Virus record (IMG/VR): IMGVR_UViG_3300045049_000270
Length of the DNA stretch: 64,000 nt
DNA from: a virus
Taxonomy: Duplodnaviria > Heunggongvirae > Uroviricota > Caudoviricetes
Strand: one strand, 5' to 3'
In this document: positions 27,427 to 37,209 of the stretch, piece after piece
How positions within the stretch are numbered: position 1 is the stretch's first letter
How the letters are laid out: every line of letters begins with the position of its first letter
Made by a program: the position numbers and the translations under genes
The notes under the pieces: generated by a model
Database searches by the model: none
Told to the model about the DNA's origin: nothing
Seen by the model: only the letters and a program-made list of their open reading frames with translations

Positions 27427-28911
27427 TTAAAATACCTGCACTCCATACATAGTGCGGAAACCAACAGCATCTAACCAAGTATTAACTAATGGTTGCCCCT
27501 TGATGTTTAAACTTGTATTCAATAACATTGGACAGCCAGTAACCTGATAGAACCTATCTAATAATCCATAGAATACCGGGTTCTGCGTTTGATTCAATGT
27601 CTGCACTCGACTTGATCCATCAAAGTGGCAAATCGCTGGGAATTGCTCTGGAAATTTACATTTGGCCGTGAATTGCATATATGGAGACGTTGCCACAGGC
27701 ATATCAAAGTATTGATGAGCTAGATGCTCCAAGATGATAGGAGCAAATGGCCGGAATGGTTCACGCTTCTTGATCTTATTGATCAAATCCTTGACATGAG
27801 GACCACGAGGGTCACAAATCAAACTACGATTACCCAAAGCTCTTGGGCCAAACTCAGCACGACCATTGGCGATACCAATTGGTTCACCTTTCAATAACAA
27901 AGCCAGAGCAGCATCATAGTCTAACTCTCGCTTGATATCATATCCCAAGTATGGCGAATTCCATTGGAGGTGGCTTCCGATATGAGCAGCCACCGCTCCT
28001 ATACTAGAACCCGCATCACCCGGATTGGGCATAATCCAGATATCATCGAATATTCCCAGTTTGGCAATCTTACTATTAGCAACACAGTTCAATGCGACTC
28101 CACCCATCATAACCAGATTGCGAGATTTCATGTTCTTCGCCATCCATGTGATAGTCTGTTCCAAGTATTCCTCAACAATAGCTTGTGCTGAAGCTGCCAA
28201 GTCATAGAAATCTTGTTCCGTGTTTAGGGTAGGACGCCACCAGAGAATACCACGATGGACATTTACCTTTAGCTTGAAATCTGGGCCAGAGGAGGAACTC
28301 ACGAAGTCGCTCTTCAATGCATCCACATATTTTGGTTGCCCTAATGCCGCCATTCCCATGAGAATGTATTCCTCCTCATTGGGTTTCAATCCACATCGCT
28401 GTGTGATAGCTGAATAAAATAGGCCCAAAGAGTGAGGGTAGGATTGCGCCCAGATTTGACGTAAAGAGCCACCATACGCCTCCCAGATGCTGATACATGT
28501 CCACTCTCCGATGGCATCACAAACGAGAATGGAGGCATCTGTGAAGGGGCTAGTAAAATATCCGGCCGCAGCATGGCTTTTATGGTGTGATACTGTATGG
28601 ATGATCTTATCAGTCAATCCAACAGCACTCAAATGTTGACGGATAGAGGTAGTCTTGAATGCATGTTGATATTGTCCAGCAAATAGTTGACGACTACGCT
28701 TCAACATTGGTCGTTCATACCAGACTACTTCCTGTGGACGACCATACTTCAAACAATCTTTCAGGAGGGCTTCGTTAATATCACCATCATTCTTAGTGTG
28801 ACTATACCTTTCGGCATGACCAGCGAAGAGGATTTCATAGCCGTCAATCAGAGCTACAGATGCATCATGCCCCATGGAGACGATACCGAGATATTTCATT
28901 TGGACCCCCAT
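27427..28911 (-). CDS. carbamoyltransferase (NodU/CmcH/TobZ family)
   Basis: GHDASVAL, HHKSHAA, DAIGE, MGMAALG, GGVALNC, EFGPRALGNRS, FRPFAP, LLNTSLN. Confidence 0.93.
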   Translation of the reverse strand: MGVQMKYLGIVSMGHDASVALIDGYEILFAGHAERYSHTKNDGDINEALLKDCLKYGRPQEVVWYERPMLKRSRQLFAGQYQHAFKTTSIRQHLSAVGLTDKIIHTVSHHKSHAAAGYFTSPFTDASILVCDAIGEWTCISIWEAYGGSLRQIWAQSYPHSLGLFYSAITQRCGLKPNEEEYILMGMAALGQPKYVDALKSDFVSSSSGPDFKLKVNVHRGILWWRPTLNTEQDFYDLAASAQAIVEEYLEQTITWMAKNMKSRNLVMMGGVALNCVANSKIAKLGIFDDIWIMPNPGDAGSSIGAVAAHIGSHLQWNSPYLGYDIKRELDYDAALALLLKGEPIGIANGRAEFGPRALGNRSLICDPRGPHVKDLINKIKKREPFRPFAPIILEHLAHQYFDMPVATSPYMQFTAKCKFPEQFPAICHFDGSSRVQTLNQTQNPVFYGLLDRFYQVTGCPMLLNTSLNIKGQPLVNTWLDAVGFRTMYGVQVF

Positions 28912-28940
28912 TATATAACCAAATATTTATTGGAAAAATG

Positions 28941-29109
28941 AGGACTTCTCTCTGGGTTTGATGTCGTCCGTGAAGGGTCCGTAGACCCTGAAATCGATCT
29001 CAACCTCCATGAATTCCTCGTAAAGAATTGGTTAATTGATGGTAAGTTTGGTGACTTCTCTCTGGGTTTGGTATAGTTGTAGTGATCTATTGATAACCTC
29101 CATGAGTTC
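28941..29109. repeat. two tandem copies of a structured repeat: TTCTCTCTGGGTT-[variable]-AACCTCCATGA
   Basis: Units at about 28946-29015 and 29056-29108; two more copies at 54755-54896. Confidence 0.9.
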
Positions 29110-29346
29110 TTTGTGGTGTTAATTTGATTAGTTCTATCTGGTTTTAGATTCTTATCGTGCTGAGTAGTGGTGGATTTTAATGTAATATTTGTGATGGATA
29201 TGGAGGGGATTGTGATAATGAGGAAACCACCGAGTGGTTTATTTGGTGGTTATTTGTATATGAATGGATCTTTTTGTTTTAATTGTTTCATACGTTTTCG
29301 GTAAGTGATATTGTTTTTAATTTTGTTGATAATTGATTTGATCAGT

Positions 29347-30273
29347 TTAAGCATGGTTTATCCTATGGGTTAGTTTTTTTGCTACTTGATTGAATATTAG
29401 TTCTGCATAATGTTTATTGCTAAACGGTCCTGGGTGCATGCCATCACGTGCTTTTTTATTGTTGAGTTCTGGCGTGAAGAATTCCCACATAAGGAATTCT
29501 GGTAGTGATTCGGCTGATGCGTGATTTGTTATTAATTCGGATGCTTCTTGGTTCCAGCTTCCTATCAATAATGGTAGATTATTAGTTTTTGCAATTTGGG
29601 TTGCATGTTCTACGGAGCGTAGATAATCGTAATAGAGATATTCTTGATTTGCGAATTTATAGAAATGATCTTGGGCTGATGCCACCAAACTGTTTTTAAA
29701 ATTAGCGATCAACCCATATCGATGAGGTCGTGCAGAATTTAGGGTTTGGAAATACTCATGTCGACTTATATGAGGTGCCAACATAATTGCTATATCGAAT
29801 TTAACGTGAGGGGCTATTAATGATAATAGCCTTGTTTGATTGGTTATACTAGAGCCGCAAATAGCTACGTTAGCAGTTTTTATTGGAGTTTCGAAGTGAT
29901 TTTTGAGCATTTTGCTCAAAATATTGCACCATACTGCCTCATCAGGTAGACCTTCTCCAAAGGTGCAACTACAGCCTAAGAATAATATTTTAATTGATTT
30001 AGTATCAGATATAATATCTGAAAAGGACCAATCACCTCGAAACCCCAGATGATTGAAATGATATATTACATCATCCAAATGATATTGAGTTATACCCTGC
30101 GCAATCGCTTTCTTGGTGTTTGATTCTTCATAATCAGATAGGAATTTGTGGCTTCCTGGGAAAATAAGCGGCCGATGAGTTTCGTATTTTAAATTGAATT
30201 CTAATTCATCTATGTTTTTTACGGTCCAGGGAACCACCAGAGTCTTATCAATATTATGCATAACTGTAGCCAT
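29347..30273 (-). CDS. SGNH-hydrolase-like protein
   Basis: FLGCSCTFGEGL, NVAICGSS, ARDGMHPG (DxxH). Confidence 0.7.
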   Translation of the reverse strand: MATVMHNIDKTLVVPWTVKNIDELEFNLKYETHRPLIFPGSHKFLSDYEESNTKKAIAQGITQYHLDDVIYHFNHLGFRGDWSFSDIISDTKSIKILFLGCSCTFGEGLPDEAVWCNILSKMLKNHFETPIKTANVAICGSSITNQTRLLSLIAPHVKFDIAIMLAPHISRHEYFQTLNSARPHRYGLIANFKNSLVASAQDHFYKFANQEYLYYDYLRSVEHATQIAKTNNLPLLIGSWNQEASELITNHASAESLPEFLMWEFFTPELNNKKARDGMHPGPFSNKHYAELIFNQVAKKLTHRINHA

Positions 30274-30286
30274 TAGTTGACTACAG

Positions 30287-30294
30287 TATTTATA
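30287..30294 (-). promoter_or_regulatory. late promoter TATAAATA
   Basis: Exact T4 late consensus just upstream of the ATG at 30273. Confidence 0.6.
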
Positions 30295-30300
30295 GGGTGA

Positions 30301-31821
30301 TTAATCAGTCCCTGCTTTTGGCTTCTGATATCCTTGTGCACCAGGATTAGCATTTGATGGATTTAGAATCCATCCTTCCTTATTAGCTCTGTCCTTTAGT
30401 TTCTGCACATGATCCCATCCTTCTGTCACATCACCAGATTTAAAGAACTTAATCGGCTGTACATTGGTATCAGGAATACTATCATACCATTCCACCAGTT
30501 CTGGAAACGTTTCTCTAAAGTTTTTGCCACGTCGTTGATCATATTGAGCGTAAAAGCTTTTGAAATCGCGCATTCGGCTTTCAATACTAGAAGTCTGGCT
30601 ATGCCCTTCTGATACTTCACGCAAATATGAGATCAGACGTTTCAGACCATCAATTTCCCATGGATGCATCAATGTTTGCTGATTAAGCCAATTTGTCAAT
30701 TTATCGGCAAAGTCATTTCGCATTTCTTCTGGTAAAGTTACGGCTGCTTGGAAGCTAGGGAAACGTAGAATGTTGAATGACATCATACAAGCGAAGCTAC
30801 CAAATTCAGCCCGTAGTTTAAGCATTTCATCCATGAAATCGGTGATGCTTAATAAACATAGGCTGTTGATAGTCAACATTACATGAATTTTTTTGCAATT
30901 GCCTTTTTCAAGCATCATACGCATATTACGCGACCATTGATTCCAATCTAAACCATCACGAATGTATTCTGCGTGTTTGCCAAAAGATTCATTACTAGTA
31001 TACAGGTGGAATTCTTTGAAACTATGAGTGGCCTCGCATAATTTTTCAATGAGATCTTGTTTTGCCCCAAGATTGGTGTTCACTGCCAATCTAACATTAC
31101 AGTCTGGGTGTTCCTTCCACCAATCGAGTAATTTCCAAAAATCAGGACTCATAGTGGCTTCGCCACCAGTAACACGTAGTTCGGTTAGTGAATGTTGAAG
31201 ATCGGTTTCCCACCATTTCATGAAAGCGTCGACATACGGGTTATTTTCGTTTTTTGGACCATATGGCATTGCCCATGAACCGTCTTGTTGAAAAGCTCCG
31301 CCGCCATCTGAAATCAAATTCTGATATGGGCCATTTACTCGAACATCTTTCATCCAGGTAGTACTAAAGCTTGGATTACAATATGAGCATGCAAAATTGC
31401 AGTTTGCATCAAAAGCAATTTCTAATGTCTTTGGATTGATATCTGCTGTGCTGCCTAAAACATCTCTAGCCTCAAGTAGTTCTTCGTCAGTGTAAATTAC
31501 TGACTTGAAGACTCGATCTGACACCTTATCAGGCCCAAGACCTTCAATCTTCCAACAATACTCACATTCGTCAGGTTTTTCACCACGAAGCATTTGTTCA
31601 CGAACTGCTTTTTTGTATTCAGTATTATGAATGGCTTTGATTGAACGTTTAACTTCTTCGAGTGGAATTTTATGAGCTGGTGGGTGGTGGCAACTGGCAG
31701 TAGTTCCACTACCTAACCAGATAGTCGCATTGTAAAATTTGGCACCACAGAAAGTCGGTGACAGAGGATTTAAAACCCGGTCACGATATTCTTGATAAGA
31801 TTCATCTTTCTTTTTAGCCAT
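30301..31821 (-). CDS. radical SAM protein with an N-terminal Cys cluster (twitch-like)
   Basis: CNFACSYC, TGGEA, NTN; N-terminal C..SCHH..CEYCW. Confidence 0.88.
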   Translation of the reverse strand: MAKKKDESYQEYRDRVLNPLSPTFCGAKFYNATIWLGSGTTASCHHPPAHKIPLEEVKRSIKAIHNTEYKKAVREQMLRGEKPDECEYCWKIEGLGPDKVSDRVFKSVIYTDEELLEARDVLGSTADINPKTLEIAFDANCNFACSYCNPSFSTTWMKDVRVNGPYQNLISDGGGAFQQDGSWAMPYGPKNENNPYVDAFMKWWETDLQHSLTELRVTGGEATMSPDFWKLLDWWKEHPDCNVRLAVNTNLGAKQDLIEKLCEATHSFKEFHLYTSNESFGKHAEYIRDGLDWNQWSRNMRMMLEKGNCKKIHVMLTINSLCLLSITDFMDEMLKLRAEFGSFACMMSFNILRFPSFQAAVTLPEEMRNDFADKLTNWLNQQTLMHPWEIDGLKRLISYLREVSEGHSQTSSIESRMRDFKSFYAQYDQRRGKNFRETFPELVEWYDSIPDTNVQPIKFFKSGDVTEGWDHVQKLKDRANKEGWILNPSNANPGAQGYQKPKAGTD

Positions 31822-33226
31822 TTTGTGTCAAGCAGAAATTGTAGAAATCAACCAACTCTGGGAAAACATCAGTGAAAGTGACATCACGTCTTTTATCATA
31901 TTCTTTGTAGAAGATACCAAAATCTTTATGTTGAACCTTCAGATGTTCAGTGTCTAGTGGCTCAAACATATATTCACACAATCTTTCTACTTGGTCGATT
32001 TCTTCTAAGTAAAAACGACCACGAGCATCAGGACTGGTATTACGAGTATAAGCTTGTACGAATTCTCGAACCATTATTGAGAAATCCTTTTTGATGTGTT
32101 CTGGTAATACTCTAACATCCTGGAATTGTGGCCAGCGCAAATATGCAATCATCATAGGGATGCGATTGTATGAATCTTCTGGATTGAAGTCGCAACGTAA
32201 TTGCCAAATGTCCTGCAGAAATTTAGTGAATGTTGTAACGCTCAATGCATTGAATGTCACCATAAAGTTTAATCGTGCATTTGTTTCTGTGAGAACCTTA
32301 CGGCAATTACTGATGAACTTATCATATTCCATTCCATACCGAATATAATCGGCTTGTTTTCCATGAGCTTCACAACTAGTGTAGATATCGAATGCCTGTA
32401 CATGTGGCGCAATCTCATTATGATATTGAATGAGTTTATCGATTAGGTCATCTGGTACTTGTAAGTTGGTATTGATTGCAATCGTGAAGTCTTTCCGTGG
32501 GTTGGCTTTCACGTATTCCAGTACCTTCCATGTGTTCTTTGAAAGTAAAGGTTCTCCACCAGTGATTCGGAATGTGTGCAAACTTTGATACAGAGTGGGC
32601 CACCATTCCCAGAATGCATCAACATAAGGATTGTTTTCTTTCCTGGGGATTGGCATTTTCCCAGCTTGAGTTAACCATTCAATATTGCCCAATCCATAGC
32701 TGGTAGGATACATACCAAAACGTTCAATTTCTTCGGTCCATTTGCTAGAGATATCAGGTGAGCAATACATACATTTGAAGTTACAAGTATTCTCAAAAGC
32801 AACCTCCAGGTATGACGGTGTGATATCTGAACCGTTACCACTAGCTATTACTCTATCCATATTTGGATATGCCCAGGTGATATCAGAACTTTTGTATGTT
32901 CTATCACTCATGTGATTACCAGGAAGATTTTCTACATTCCAACAATACTGGCATTCAGAAGGACGTTTGCCTGCCAGCATTTCTTCACGAACTTTAATTT
33001 TGAATTCGGTGTTGTGAAGTGCTGATGGCTTCTTCTTGATTTCACTGATGGGAATTTTATGTACTGTTGGATGGTGGCATGAATGGGTGTTGCCATTCAT
33101 CAAATATACGGTGCTTTGTAGCCATTTAGCAAGACACATGGTTGATGAACCGGCCTTTTCTTCTATTTCGGCCATACGGCTTTTCATTCCTTCTACATTT
33201 ATTTGATTTTGTGATTTTTCTGTCAT
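31814..33226 (-). CDS. radical SAM protein (paralogue of the previous gene)
   Basis: CNFKCMYC, TGGEP, NTN; SCHH..CQYCW. Confidence 0.88.
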   Translation of the reverse strand: MTEKSQNQINVEGMKSRMAEIEEKAGSSTMCLAKWLQSTVYLMNGNTHSCHHPTVHKIPISEIKKKPSALHNTEFKIKVREEMLAGKRPSECQYCWNVENLPGNHMSDRTYKSSDITWAYPNMDRVIASGNGSDITPSYLEVAFENTCNFKCMYCSPDISSKWTEEIERFGMYPTSYGLGNIEWLTQAGKMPIPRKENNPYVDAFWEWWPTLYQSLHTFRITGGEPLLSKNTWKVLEYVKANPRKDFTIAINTNLQVPDDLIDKLIQYHNEIAPHVQAFDIYTSCEAHGKQADYIRYGMEYDKFISNCRKVLTETNARLNFMVTFNALSVTTFTKFLQDIWQLRCDFNPEDSYNRIPMMIAYLRWPQFQDVRVLPEHIKKDFSIMVREFVQAYTRNTSPDARGRFYLEEIDQVERLCEYMFEPLDTEHLKVQHKDFGIFYKEYDKRRDVTFTDVFPELVDFYNFCLTQNG

Positions 33227-34146
33227 TAGTCGTTTCTCAATTTAAAGCTTTCACGGAAAAAATCGCTTGCCTTTGCGTCTAAAATTGGAAATAGAATTTT
33301 GGTCTGGTTTTCAATGAATTCACCGTGATCTTTGATACGATCGTCAAGGAATTTTTCGTCATATTCCCAACCAGTTGACGTTTGTTTAACTTGGAAAATA
33401 TTTTCCATCTGAGTCTTCCATACCTGGTCAAACCAGTCGTAGTCACGAATGAGAGTATAATCCCAATTTGGATCAAGCATATTTACAAGGCCGAGGCGTG
33501 TACCATATATTGCCCATTTACCATATTCTACATCAGCACCAACACAGGCCCAAATGCGCAAATTTCGAAGATTGATATTGTGAAGTGTTGTCTTCATCTT
33601 ATCAGCAGTAACACGCTGGCCTTGATCTAGGGATAGCTTTACAGCTTCACGAAATCCAACACGGAATGCTTGATATGGACTGCCGTTATTCCAGACTGTG
33701 CTGAATGTTTTGTGAAGATGTGAATAGTCCTCTTCCCAACAGAAATCAACCGCTTTTCGAGGGTCATCACTATTCTCATGCGTATTCATGTTTAACACGA
33801 ATTGCTTTGACCATAGCTTTAAACCACCATTGCCGTACATCAAACCATTTATACCGTTTAGAGCATTCCAACTGAAGCTTTTGTTGATGTCTTTTTCTGG
33901 GTGTAGAGTAACTCGTTGATCAAAGAAATCAGGATGAACAATATTATCAGCATCAACAGTGATAAACCAGTCAGTTTCACTTTGGATAGCGCAAGCTCGA
34001 TGTGCGCTATCGAAGCCTTTTATACCATGTACTCGTTGTGCCCAAGGGCATTTTTCCAAAAGGTCGGCCCAATGCTTTTCGGCATTGGGCTCATCATAAC
34101 TCAAGAAAAATATGTCGAATTGTGTTATTTCACGTACTTGTGTCAT
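33226..34146 (-). CDS. GT-A fold glycosyltransferase-like protein
   Basis: FDIFFLSYDEP, VDADN (DxD), NGLMYGNGG, FREAVKL. Confidence 0.65.
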   Translation of the reverse strand: MTQVREITQFDIFFLSYDEPNAEKHWADLLEKCPWAQRVHGIKGFDSAHRACAIQSETDWFITVDADNIVHPDFFDQRVTLHPEKDINKSFSWNALNGINGLMYGNGGLKLWSKQFVLNMNTHENSDDPRKAVDFCWEEDYSHLHKTFSTVWNNGSPYQAFRVGFREAVKLSLDQGQRVTADKMKTTLHNINLRNLRIWACVGADVEYGKWAIYGTRLGLVNMLDPNWDYTLIRDYDWFDQVWKTQMENIFQVKQTSTGWEYDEKFLDDRIKDHGEFIENQTKILFPILDAKASDFFRESFKLRND

Positions 34147-35050
34147 TGTTTACTTTTACGAAAGTCATGGTGTCGGCTAAGGGATAACTCGCCAAGCCAA
34201 ATTCACCAGGAAGGTCTTTCGGCAATTGTAAACTAATCTTCTTGTTTTCCAAAAATGCATCCATGTTTAAAGTCACCTGGCCATACACTACCGTTGGATC
34301 ATGTCTTTTGGTGATAAAAACTGGGCACATCGCAACATTTGGCCACGACACTTTTGTCGAACCCAGAATCTCAAAATCAAGTGTATTCTTTTCACCATTG
34401 ACTGTGACCTTGACGCCAGTCTTAGCATTCTTCTTGATTTTATATTCAGTGAGTTTATTTATTCTTGTGGTAATAGGGCGATGCAAAATACCACGACCAT
34501 TCAAAGATATATCAAAACGATACAGCTTGAATTCACTTCTGGTAAAAAGTGAATAATCTCTGAACTCTGTTTTGATTGGAATGATTACTTTACCTTTCTC
34601 AATCAATTCGGTAACGGAAATGGTAAATTCGTCGACGATATGGGATGGATCATTCTTCTTTGTGAGAATGAAGAACAACTCTTTCGCCTTTACAACATTG
34701 AGGGGTTTACCAATACATTCTCTAGGTATTGAAATTTCAATAACACTATCGGGTACAGATAAAGTGGCAAGTACACATTTGAGGTCTTCATTATTGATTC
34801 TAGTAATTTCAATCATTTGTCCAACATCTACTGGTTCAGCATCAATTGGGTTTCTGGTTAGAGACCAGTTACCACCAGTTTTTATGATATACCAGTCAGC
34901 CATACTGTATTCATTATGGAAAAACTTAAATGCCGTTTCTTGATCCAATTCCATTACTTCGGCATTTGGAAAGTCATCATTCATTTCTAATGGTCCAATC
35001 GAATTAATTTTACCAGTTGAACTGTTGAAATGTGCATAGAAAGTTCTCAT
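34130..35050 (-). CDS. hypothetical protein with an internal duplication
   Basis: FFILTKKNDPS and VFITKRHDPT repeats. Confidence 0.7.
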   Translation of the reverse strand: MRTFYAHFNSSTGKINSIGPLEMNDDFPNAEVMELDQETAFKFFHNEYSMADWYIIKTGGNWSLTRNPIDAEPVDVGQMIEITRINNEDLKCVLATLSVPDSVIEISIPRECIGKPLNVVKAKELFFILTKKNDPSHIVDEFTISVTELIEKGKVIIPIKTEFRDYSLFTRSEFKLYRFDISLNGRGILHRPITTRINKLTEYKIKKNAKTGVKVTVNGEKNTLDFEILGSTKVSWPNVAMCPVFITKRHDPTVVYGQVTLNMDAFLENKKISLQLPKDLPGEFGLASYPLADTMTFVKVNNDTST

Positions 35051-35910
35051 TTCAATTTTTCCTCATATGATTCGATAATCTCGTCAGTAAGAAAAGATTT
35101 ATCATGATAGTGGAGAGGAGAAAGTTGACGATAACGACCAATCTTTAATTCTAAGTCATCAGTAAAATACACACCGATATGCTTAGTCCATTCTTCTGAC
35201 ACCTTTGAATCGTCCCAGTTTTGAAGTTTTGACTTCATATGAACGAAATTGGGGAATTGTCCAACTCCAACACAATCATCCTCACGACCAATTAACCGCA
35301 TAGCCAGAGCAAACACTACATCAGTTGAAACTTCTTTTGGGCGTGGTTCTTCCAGAAATTCGAAGAAGAATTTCTGCCAGTTGTAATAGATAATCTCAGC
35401 CATCTCGAATAATTCTTGAGCTAAATCACTATATTTGAAATACATGAATGCGGTGTAGACATTTGGTAGTTTATTTGCAGTGAAAGTCTTACGATAGAAG
35501 TCACTTGTGACAATTTCACCACGAAATGTCAAAGCAGTAGTAGCAGCAAAGACGTCCTGCTTTGACAGCATTTCCCACCATGAATCAATGTTCTGAAGGA
35601 ACAACATATCGCAATCAAGCTTGATTGTTTCACGATATGGCGTCATGTGATATGCTTTCCATTCGTTCTGTAGTTTCCAATCAGCATCAGCTGCGTTATC
35701 ACCCCAAGGAATTTCGATGATTTCATCAAAAGCCCATTTGTACTTTTTTGGAACTTTATAACCTGGTGTTACACCTATTGCCAGATATGGATTATCAATT
35801 TGCGTGGCTTTCAAACTCAGAGCGAGTGCATACGCCATACGAATGTAATCGTGCGCGCTGTTTTGTGCGAACGTGAAGAAACCTCGTTCTCTTTTGAATT
35901 CTCTACTCAT
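35047..35910 (-). CDS. GT8-like glycosyltransferase
   Basis: YALALSLK, TPYRETIKLDCDML (DxD), DVVFALA, HYH. Confidence 0.65.
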   Translation of the reverse strand: MSREFKRERGFFTFAQNSAHDYIRMAYALALSLKATQIDNPYLAIGVTPGYKVPKKYKWAFDEIIEIPWGDNAADADWKLQNEWKAYHMTPYRETIKLDCDMLFLQNIDSWWEMLSKQDVFAATTALTFRGEIVTSDFYRKTFTANKLPNVYTAFMYFKYSDLAQELFEMAEIIYYNWQKFFFEFLEEPRPKEVSTDVVFALAMRLIGREDDCVGVGQFPNFVHMKSKLQNWDDSKVSEEWTKHIGVYFTDDLELKIGRYRQLSPLHYHDKSFLTDEIIESYEEKLK

Positions 35911-36803
35911 TATTTAGGTCCATAAATCTCAATAAGTTTGTCGGCGTGACGAAGAATCGAATATTTGTTCATAGTATGAACAGTGACATTCTTGACTGTA
36001 TTCAAGGTATATTGCCAATGCTGCTCAGAATTGTTAACCAGAAATGTCAATGCATTTTCCTTAACATTGATCAATTCATCACAATCAAAACTGGACAGAA
36101 TAGTAGATGCTGGGAAACTCTTGATTTCATTGTTCTCAAGAAAGCCATTCAACATATGAATGGCAATGCTGAATGCATAATCATTCCTAAACAGTTTTCC
36201 AGGGAACTCATATACGTATTGATAGTAGTCATATCGTTCACGAATTTGATCTACCAAGTCAAACAGCAATTGCGCACGTTCCCCCTTACGAAAGTACACT
36301 TGTGTGGCCCAATACATTGGAATACCCATGCTATCCAAACGAATTTCATTGATATGCGGCTTTTTGTGTTCTAACGTCAAAACATCTCGATTAACTAAGA
36401 TGTCTTCGTCATTGCCCCAAACCAAGTCGAAAGTATTGTCTTGCACTAACAAATCACTATCAATCATGATTGTTTCGTTGAATGGCGAAAGACTATAAGC
36501 AGAACTGCGGGTGGTATTCAACCAGCTAAGAGTTTTTTCCGTGCTCATGGAGTCACGGAATCTACGCTGCGCCGTATTTGTTTTTACATTTTTGTATTCC
36601 AAAAGCCTGATATGTTGAAACGCATAGGAAACCAACTCCTGACCCACGCTCTGTGCCAACCATTCTATTGTGCCTTGGTCAGTCACCAGACATACATCAT
36701 TATTTTTACAATAAGATTTGAGCATTAGGCTACAACAGAGAGCGATTTTGCCGTAATCGACCTCTTCATTGTTGTGTGCAAAGATGAGGAAACCCTTGCT
36801 CAT
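35910..36803 (-). CDS. GT8-like glycosyltransferase (paralogue of the previous gene)
   Basis: GFLIFAHN, SPFNETIMIDSDL (DxD), FRNDYAFSIA. Confidence 0.65.
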   Translation of the reverse strand: MSKGFLIFAHNNEEVDYGKIALCCSLMLKSYCKNNDVCLVTDQGTIEWLAQSVGQELVSYAFQHIRLLEYKNVKTNTAQRRFRDSMSTEKTLSWLNTTRSSAYSLSPFNETIMIDSDLLVQDNTFDLVWGNDEDILVNRDVLTLEHKKPHINEIRLDSMGIPMYWATQVYFRKGERAQLLFDLVDQIRERYDYYQYVYEFPGKLFRNDYAFSIAIHMLNGFLENNEIKSFPASTILSSFDCDELINVKENALTFLVNNSEQHWQYTLNTVKNVTVHTMNKYSILRHADKLIEIYGPK

Positions 36804-37147
36804 TATTCTGTTGCCTTTGCCACATTTCTGGCCTTACGCAGATCTTCGTAAGCTTGATGATATTCATTTGTGGCTTCAAAATATAAACTAACGATTTCAT
36901 CATAAAAATCCTGCAAATTGGCAATCTTGACTGGATTTTCACGTGAGTCTAGTAGAACGACTTCTGTGACCTCTTTACGCAGAAGAGCATCAATAAATGC
37001 AATCAATTCTTGGGAAACTTTGAATATGCCACCATTATGTGCATATGTGAGAAGATTCTCAAGGCGGAGCTTGAGGTTTTGTTTTTGCTGAAACACGGTT
37101 ACCTTGTAATTCCCGTGCGCCAGTGCTTTTTCTAATCTGTCATCCAT
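36803..37147 (-). CDS. phage hypothetical protein
   Basis: GGAG RBS; coupled to the GT genes. Confidence 0.75.
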   Translation of the reverse strand: MDDRLEKALAHGNYKVTVFQQKQNLKLRLENLLTYAHNGGIFKVSQELIAFIDALLRKEVTEVVLLDSRENPVKIANLQDFYDEIVSLYFEATNEYHQAYEDLRKARNVAKATE

Positions 37148-37151
37148 AAGA

Positions 37152-37204
37152 AAACTCCACTTGAAGAATTCAATATTCTAACAAGTGGAGTTTCTAGATT
37201 GCAA
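37152..37204 (-). promoter_or_regulatory. promoter with its -10 box in the loop of an RBS-sequestering hairpin
   Basis: Minus strand TTGCAA-18 nt-TAGAAT; arms aaactccacttg / caagtggagttt, with the GGAG RBS in the downstream arm. Confidence 0.55.
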
Positions 37205-37209
37205 ATTGA

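Noticed and set aside
28941-29109. Repeat-spacer-repeat pattern as a mini-CRISPR array
   Set aside because: Two different alternating conserved words with structured, partly homologous cores; only two units per locus; no cas genes in the window.
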